A stretch of DNA of 63,993 bases, counting the filler, from Porpidia crustulata (taxonomy: Eukaryota): NCBI GenBank assembly GCA_964255105.1. It is 17 parts of 17 records of this genome, joined end to end, with 100 filler letters (N's around TTAATTAATTAA, not from the genome) between each part and the next. Parts side by side here need not be neighbours in the genome. Positions count along the whole stretch, not along the records: positions 57,582 to 61,287 come from CAXUWE010002250.1; positions 61,388 to 63,993 come from CAXUWE010002418.1; 15 more parts are not named here. One strand, written 5' to 3'. How positions within the stretch are numbered: the first letter of the stretch is position 1; every line of letters begins with the position of its first letter. Made by a program: the position numbers and the translations under genes. The notes under the pieces are model-generated. The model worked only from the letters and a program-made list of their open reading frames with translations. It did no database searches and had not been told where the DNA came from. Below are positions 57,786 to 63,993 of the stretch, piece by piece.

Positions 57786-58529
57786 CAGACTTGAGAGTTT
57801 GTAAGGTGGAGTTGGGTTCGGATACGTTGGCTATGCGATTTTGAGGATTTGGAAATTTGAGGCGATGGAAGCGAAGGTCAGCGAGGTAGATATAGTTCCC
57901 TGGAGTGAGTGAATGAATGAGAAGACTCGAGTCATGATTTCGAGAGGGATTCGAGTCTCAAGCGTGACTTGATCTGCTGAAACCAAACCTATATTTGATC
58001 AGGAATTAAGCCGGCGTAGCCTGCATGCTCTGTATATAGAGGCATGGAACTGGGCAAGCATAAGTGAGGTGCAATCGACCTTACAGTCTGTGAATGTAGA
58101 GCTTTACAAGGCTGCTGACACTTGATAGCAAAGTAGAGATATGTTGGATGGAATTGCATTTACCAAAACCCCAAGGCGTCTCGATATACTAATCACTGTA
58201 TTCCGAAGACACTTGAGCTTGAATAAATTTTGCCAGGAAAAGGAAGTTCGAGTGAAGTAGTCTTCGTGGCGCGAATGATAGTACGTACCTCAGGATAGAG
58301 GTGTAAGAAAATAGATTGACTTGTTATGAATCTCCATAGCATTGAGATCCTCGAAATGAGAAGTCTGTCGATCATTGTGATTGGAAGTCTTGGGTTTGTG
58401 ACATGCTTTGGACTGAGTGATGGATTAATCACATTTTTACCGTTGGTCGGCATTGCCGGATAGTATAGACAGCGGCACAATTTCACAGAACATGTATCTC
58501 AACAGGCTCTACGTGGCCCACAACTATAC

Positions 58530-60986
58530 CTATGCCAAGAAATCATCTTCAGTAATCTTCTTCCCCAGCTTCTGCTTCCTCGCTCTCTTCGTCCTCTTCT
58601 CGTACGTCGGATTCGGTCCCTGCACTTGCCTAATATCTTCCAGGCCATCTTCATCCGTACCAACCTCATACTTTTCGTTACCTCTCGGCTTCTTGGGTTT
58701 GGTGCCCAACCGAACGTTCCTGTAGGTTCTTGTTTTGGCCCCCAGAGCCCACAAATCTCCCCAACTAGATTTACGGGCATCCCGATAAGCCTGCTTACCG
58801 TAAGATTTTGGGACAGTCCATCGCTCGATGCGTCCGGCCGGAGTGCAAAGATCGAGGGTAACGTGGCCGCGGCGTTTTATCGGAGGGAGAATAGCGCGAG
58901 GAAGGCACAGAGTGGGAAGGATTGCTTCTCCTTCGACCATTTCATGTTCAGGTACTTCAGCTTCATCTTCTTCAACCTCAGTACTCGCCAAAGGATCTTC
59001 TGAACGATCTCGCCGACCCCAATTCTCGTCCCCTCCGTAACCTCCAAACGCCACATCGGTAGCGGGCTGTCCCTGCAAGATATTATGGGTCTCACGCTGG
59101 TCTATACCACGCTGAACAGCTACGTAGCTGAATCTAATGTCCTCATGGTTTCGATCCCTGGTACCGAGGATGCGTTGTAGGTAAGGAGGTCGGACATAGC
59201 GCTGTGTAAAATGGCAATAATCTTTTCTCCCCTTGCTCTGCCCAGTTTTGGTATACATGGGACATTGGAAGTGATTTGTACATGGAGCGATGATCATGCC
59301 GGATTCTTTGGGCCTGTGTCGGCCTTCAAATGGTTCTTCGATCTGGTTTTCGACTTGCGACGACCCTGCAGATGCAATATGGTACTTTAGTAAAGTTTCA
59401 CGAGCTCCAGCGATGAGTTCAAATCCTCGAGGTACACCTTTCTCAATGAGGACAAGTACACCTCCATTTGGATTTAACAGGGACCAAAAGTTCTGAATTT
59501 GATTCTTCCTCATGTAGTCTTCTTTAAGGGTCCACAGAGTATTGGGGGCAATGATCAGATCGTATTGCTTTCGCGGCTGAGCAATGTTTTTCTCAGAAAC
59601 TGATGGGTAATCTTTGCTAGGATTATAGTCCGGCAGTCGAGGTAGGAACGTAGTATCATTTAGCAACCTGCTAGCACGGTGACGTAGTACATTTGACCCC
59701 GTAACAACCGTTGCCTTCCCAAGAGGAGCAGTCTCAGTAGGCGTCGCTTCTTCGGTATGCATGAGTGCCCACTCAGTACGGAGAATCTCTCGCCACGCCT
59801 GCACCCCAGCTCCTCCGCCTCCAGCATCTAAGATAAGAGGCCCGTCTGTCTTTGTTAGAAGGCCTCGTATCCATTCAGACCCTAAACGCTTTCTTGTCTC
59901 GACTAGGGTGCTCATTGCCGTCGCATAAGCTCCAGGCATAATGGCAGCTATAAAAGCATTGCCCTCCATCTCACCCATTCTGGATTGTGACGCTTCAAGT
60001 GCAATCGGCCCCTGGATGGGTTTGGTCTTTGAGGATGGTGTAGCAGTCGAGTTAGGTAAGGCAGGTCCTCCAAAAGTTTTCTGTGCTATCTCGGCAAGCT
60101 GTTTATTCGAGAAATCGGCCAGTAAGGAGGTGACGGGTCGGACGACAGTATCACGAGGTATATTTATAGTAGCCGGAGACGTTCTGAATCTACCAGCCAA
60201 GGTCAGAGGATGCGTCCTCAAAGCATCACCACTCTGGAACGACCCGGCCGCAGCATCGGCATCTTCTTCATCTTTATCCATCTCTTCTTCTTCGACATCC
60301 TCTTGACTCTCAAATACGTATTCTTCCTCATCGGACGCAGCCTCTTCCACGTCTGAAAGCTGTGCCTCTTGGGCGGCGGCGATATCTCGGAAGAGAGCAT
60401 ACCTGGCCTTGAAATCATTACCTTTCTCTGCGGTGAAAGTACCCTGCTTGTCACTCTCAGGAAGTTCTACTTCTTTCGGAGCTTCCACTTGTTCTTGGCT
60501 GTACTCCACCTCCTCCAGATTACCATCTGCATCCTCTTTGAAAAGTGTTGGTCCCGCTGCCTCCTGGTCTTCCTCAAAAACCTCGTCCTCTAGATCCTGT
60601 AATAGTATCACATCTTCTGGTCTTGTAGCTCTTGAGGGTGGACCGTATAGTCTCTCATATATTGCATATTCTTCGGGAGATAAAAAGTCAGCAGGAAGGG
60701 TTTCCCCGAAATTTTGGCGCGCCTGCCGTACTATAACCTCCATCTCCGCTAGATTTTTTAGAATTGTGCCATCCTGGTGCTCCCCGGCAGCTCCAGTAGT
60801 CACTTTCTTGACCCTTCCCAACGCAAACGGTCTCTTTTGTGACCTTGCCAAAGATCTCGGCCGCGCCCATAGTGCGCTTCGGGGTCTGGCATATTTCGCC
60901 GTAGAGCAGAACCCATTCTTAAATAAGAAGAAGAGCTGCGATGAGCATGCAGTACAAATATGCTGAGTAGGATAAAATGCTGACAT
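58530..60986 (-). CDS. RSM22: Mitochondrial small-subunit protein Rsm22 (METTL17 homologue)
   Basis: 818-aa ORF with presequence-like N-terminus; ILDAGGGGAG, GGVLVLIEKG.PRGFE.IA.AR, IIAPCTNH..CP, CHF.QR..RP, PP.KR.GHV.LDLCT..G.IERW.VPKS.G.Q.Y.DARKS.WGDLW. Confidence 0.95.
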   Translation of the reverse strand: MSAFYPTQHICTACSSQLFFLFKNGFCSTAKYARPRSALWARPRSLARSQKRPFALGRVKKVTTGAAGEHQDGTILKNLAEMEVIVRQARQNFGETLPADFLSPEEYAIYERLYGPPSRATRPEDVILLQDLEDEVFEEDQEAAGPTLFKEDADGNLEEVEYSQEQVEAPKEVELPESDKQGTFTAEKGNDFKARYALFRDIAAAQEAQLSDVEEAASDEEEYVFESQEDVEEEEMDKDEEDADAAAGSFQSGDALRTHPLTLAGRFRTSPATINIPRDTVVRPVTSLLADFSNKQLAEIAQKTFGGPALPNSTATPSSKTKPIQGPIALEASQSRMGEMEGNAFIAAIMPGAYATAMSTLVETRKRLGSEWIRGLLTKTDGPLILDAGGGGAGVQAWREILRTEWALMHTEEATPTETAPLGKATVVTGSNVLRHRASRLLNDTTFLPRLPDYNPSKDYPSVSEKNIAQPRKQYDLIIAPNTLWTLKEDYMRKNQIQNFWSLLNPNGGVLVLIEKGVPRGFELIAGARETLLKYHIASAGSSQVENQIEEPFEGRHRPKESGMIIAPCTNHFQCPMYTKTGQSKGRKDYCHFTQRYVRPPYLQRILGTRDRNHEDIRFSYVAVQRGIDQRETHNILQGQPATDVAFGGYGGDENWGRRDRSEDPLASTEVEEDEAEVPEHEMVEGEAILPTLCLPRAILPPIKRRGHVTLDLCTPAGRIERWTVPKSYGKQAYRDARKSSWGDLWALGAKTRTYRNVRLGTKPKKPRGNEKYEVGTDEDGLEDIRQVQGPNPTYEKRTKRARKQKLGKKITEDDFLA

Positions 60987-61208
60987 ACCCTAGACTATAT
61001 GCCTTGCAACAGACTGTGAAGAAGCGCAGGAGTTGACAAACCTCGATTTTGTTTCGAACACTAGCGTGCTCGAAAGCGCACCTTTGCGGTCTAGCGCCAC
61101 GGTTCCCCGATAGGTACCCATCTGCTAATGATCTTTCATAGAAAGATTTCCCAACCTTTCCGTTCAGAACATTCTGGGTTTTGTCTTGCAGAGCCCGTCA
61201 TCAGCATC

Positions 61209-61287
61209 ATGGCTACAAAGGCTCCAAGACTAAATTGTCTCTTTGCTCCCCCTATCGTCAAGTCCCGACCCTCTCAAAATTGTTCCC
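61209..61287 (+). CDS. Possible N-terminus of a gene divergent from RSM22 (partial)
   Basis: MATKAPRLNCLFAPPIVKSRPSQNCS, presequence-like, open to the contig edge. Confidence 0.3.
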
Positions 61288-61387
61288 NNNNNNNNNNNNN
61301 NNNNNNNNNNNNNNNNNNNNNNNNNNNNNNNTTAATTAATTAANNNNNNNNNNNNNNNNNNNNNNNNNNNNNNNNNNNNNNNNNNNN
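61288..61387. other. Artificial contig spacer
   Basis: 44N-TTAATTAATTAA-44N. Confidence 0.99.
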
Positions 61388-62150
61388 CCATCTTTTACCT
61401 CACTTACATACATTCAAAATACCCTCATTTCATTTCACATTTCTCATGACATTCTGCACGTGAAGCCATTGCGAGGAACTTTTTCAAGGGAAAGGGAAAG
61501 GGCTGTCTTGAGTACTAACGCGGTTTACATATTCCCTTCAGGGGATTGGATAGACCCTATTCTACACAGTTATCTCAACAACATGCCACTCCTTCGCACC
61601 ATCGTTGTGAATCTTGCAAAGGTGACGGCATATAAAGCGGACGAAAATATCAAACGCTAATTTGGTCTCAAGATGAAGGGATTTGAACCCTTGAGACGAG
61701 TCCCTCGTTAAAAAAAATTAAATCCGTTGACGCCGTGGACGCGGACGTCATGCATTTCCCAACGCCTCCACTGAGCGGTACTGCTCAATCCATTCTCTCA
61801 CGCCCTCTCAATCCTCCGGACTGGAATAATCATCAAGTCCATCTGCAGACGCCGCTCTTCAGCCATGATACGTTCGACTGAAGTCAGTATGCGCCGCTGT
61901 AAATGGCGCTGCCACACCAAGGTCTCTGACGTCGACGTAATCCGGGTTCCAAGACTCTGGTGCGGTCGGAACTTCCGAGTCGCGGTGGACTTCGTTGCTT
62001 TGCACTCTTTCGCCGTCTGGGTAATGCTCGCCACCGGGATGGAGCGGCTGCGACGTCTATATAGGGCTTCAAGTCAGCGCTCCGGTTTGTCGTGCATAAC
62101 AAACAACGCACCGATGGGCATGTGGTACAGGCGGCGCTGGGAATCCGTGA

Positions 62151-63196
62151 TCAAACAGGCGGAGTGGTACTGACTTCGACGAGCTTGTCCCCTTCCACTT
62201 TTACTTCGCGATCGCGCAGTTGGCGCATCAGAGAAAGGAAGTTGCTTTGCTGGAATTTTTGGCTTTGGTCGTGTTTTAGATTGTCGAGTAATTGACCGGC
62301 TGTTCTTGCAAGCTCATCTGCGTCATTTGCGGCCTCGCTAACTTGGGCGTCTTTTAATGCTTCTTTGAGTATTCTATCGGGTCTTGGCGGCAACGAAGCC
62401 ACTGCTTCGAAGAAATCGTGGAAGGGATTCTTTATCGCATCCCTGTTTGCAATCCTAGCTGCCTCAACAGTCTCCTTTTGCCTTTGATCGTCCATTTGCT
62501 GTATATGGGAGTTCGCGGCATCGAAAGCACGCTCAAACGCGGATTCGTCCATGAGTTCATCGGCCTGTCTATCGGACTGAACTTGGTATGCCGGATGTGT
62601 GAATCGACTTTGTTGCTGGTTCAAAGCTGGGAAGCCGTTGCCGTAAAGGCCTCTACCGTTCATCTGATTTCCCATGGTCTGAGAGGACCTAGGTAACTGG
62701 ACTTGTGCGCTCAATTGACTTTGCTGCGCTCTGAAATCCCGATCCCATACTTCTGAGAGCTTTGCAGGGTGGGCTGCTGTCTCCTGAAAAATTCGAGGTA
62801 CGTCAGATGGTGGAGGATTATTTATATGTAGCGCTTGGAAATCGGAAGCCCAGTCTGGCGTTTGTGGTTGGGCGAAATTGGAAGGAAAATATGCTCCATT
62901 ACTGTCGTACGGGAAAGACTGCAAATCTGGAAGTTGGCCTCCCAACGGTTGACCTGCTTGGAAAGCTTCAAATTCTGCATCGAGAATGCCCGCATTGCGC
63001 CCTAAAGTAGAACGAAATTCCTATATATGACATTCATGTCAGCACAGAAACCGCATGTGATATTGCAGAGTCTGAACCATACCTCCACTGGATATTGGCG
63101 CGATGTGAGTCGATCTTGTTGCAGGGTTCTGTCGACTTGGGTGTGTTTCTGGAAAGTCTGGAGAGAGTTTGAAGGTCCACACAAAGCACCTGCCAT
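62151..63196 (-). CDS. PEX20: PTS2 co-receptor peroxin Pex20
   Basis: N-terminus MAGALCGPSNSLQ.FQKH..VDRTLQQDR (conserved Cys); WxxxF motifs WASDF and WDRDF; C-terminal DELARTAG.LL.......KFQ.S.FL.LMR.LRD.EV.VEGDK; intron near 63012-63082; exact 3' end uncertain. Confidence 0.9.
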
Positions 63197-63535
63197 AGTC
63201 AACCGCTCTTGTGGACGCTGACAAGAGGATAGAATAATGTAGAAGAAGAATAGTCAGGATTTGGTAGAGGAAAAGACGAGAATAATGGAGAGGAGGTAAG
63301 TGGGAGAAAAATGTTAAATCTCTCGGACACAGTGGGAGGGATCAAATGTGAGATAAGACAGCCGAGGCACGCCTCCACTAAATCTCGGGGTATGCGGCTC
63401 TTCGGCGGTCTTGGCGCACTAGTAAAAAGGCCGATCCAGGCTGCCGTAAAAGTTAGCGATGCAGCCCTATGGATATGAATGTTCCTGAATACTGTCCACT
63501 GAGGATATCGATACCTCCGGTAAAGAGCTTTCAAA

Positions 63536-63993
63536 ATGGTATGCCCTGAAGCTTCACGGGACTGGGAGAGTATTGCTGATCCATCCAGGCGCAAGTTATC
63601 ACCAACTCCGGTCATGATGATATGATTGTACGTTGAGATGTCGCTACCGGCGCAGCTCGCCCCAGATTCATCTTTAGCTCCGCAAATTGATTGTCTAAAA
63701 GATCTGTAACCTAGGAAGGCTGACAGTTGTATTAATAGCACGATGCCGTATTAGACTACTACGGAAGGCGACTTGCAACTTGCTCCTCGGACAAGACGAT
63801 TAAAATCTTCGAAGTTGAGGGCGAAACACACAAATTAACAGAAACGCTGCGAGGGTACAATTGTCCATTACCCTAAGGATCTAAAATGTGCTGAACCAAT
63901 TGCAGGCACGAGGGCGCTGTCTGGTGCGTCTCATGGGTCCGCCTCTCCCTTCCCCGACACTTCTCGCAACCTTTTTCCCACCCCCTACCTAAC
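63536..63993 (+). CDS. SEC13: COPII/nucleoporin WD40 protein Sec13 (3'-partial)
   Basis: Exons ATG 63536-63538, 63589-63627 ([13 protein letters not shown]), 63739 onward [25 protein letters not shown]...[13 protein letters not shown]; absent from the ORF track. Confidence 0.95.

Noticed and set aside
3819..61343. Regularly spaced TTAATTAATTAA palindromes resembling a CRISPR-like or periodic array
   Set aside because: Each is centred in exactly 44+44 Ns. This is a synthetic six-frame-stop linker, and the spacing reflects contig size sorting.
61664..61698. tRNA-like T-arm (GGGTTCAAATCCC on the minus strand) within a GTCTCAAG/CTTGAGAC hairpin
   Set aside because: No D arm, anticodon arm or matching acceptor 5' strand could be built; at most a fragment.
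63199..63741. 180-aa minus-strand ORF
   Set aside because: Antisense to SEC13 exons and introns and to the shared promoter; no coding hallmarks.

Overview
Filamentous ascomycete (Pezizomycotina) nuclear DNA with short GT-AG introns and CTRAC-type branch sites; a lichen-forming fungus is possible but not demonstrable from this window. The window is not one locus. It is 17 unrelated contigs, the complete ones 3.71-3.76 kb and sorted by decreasing length, joined by an artificial 100-bp spacer (44 N + TTAATTAATTAA + 44 N), so synteny holds only within a contig. Housekeeping genes: RPB3, Aro8-type aminotransferase, CCDC174 homologue, HOM6, type I D-3-phosphoglycerate dehydrogenase, SRP101, YIF1, APN1, TMEM205-like, RPP40, TEX1/THOC3, Mks1-like DUF1752/DUF3295, RSM22, PEX20, SEC13, plus an intron-containing tRNA-Val(AAC). 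Accessory genes: beta-lactamase-family serine hydrolase, bacterial-type glyoxalase, P450, two methyltransferases, HeLo-like protein, sulfonate-type MFS transporter paired with a TauD dioxygenase, Pth11-like receptor, SDR and a Zn-finger protein. Several genes were reconstructed by hand because the ORF track misses or splits them. I found no clearly supportable novel multi-gene system. The best leads are a 3-nt microexon in the PGDH gene, a decaying bacterial-like glyoxalase gene, a divergent sulfonate transporter/dioxygenase pair, a Zn-finger gene broken by a single in-frame TAG, a P450 plus methyltransferase pair that both carry lesions, and abrupt C-rich to G-rich skew switches near gene 3' ends. 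Family names are from motif recognition, not database searches.
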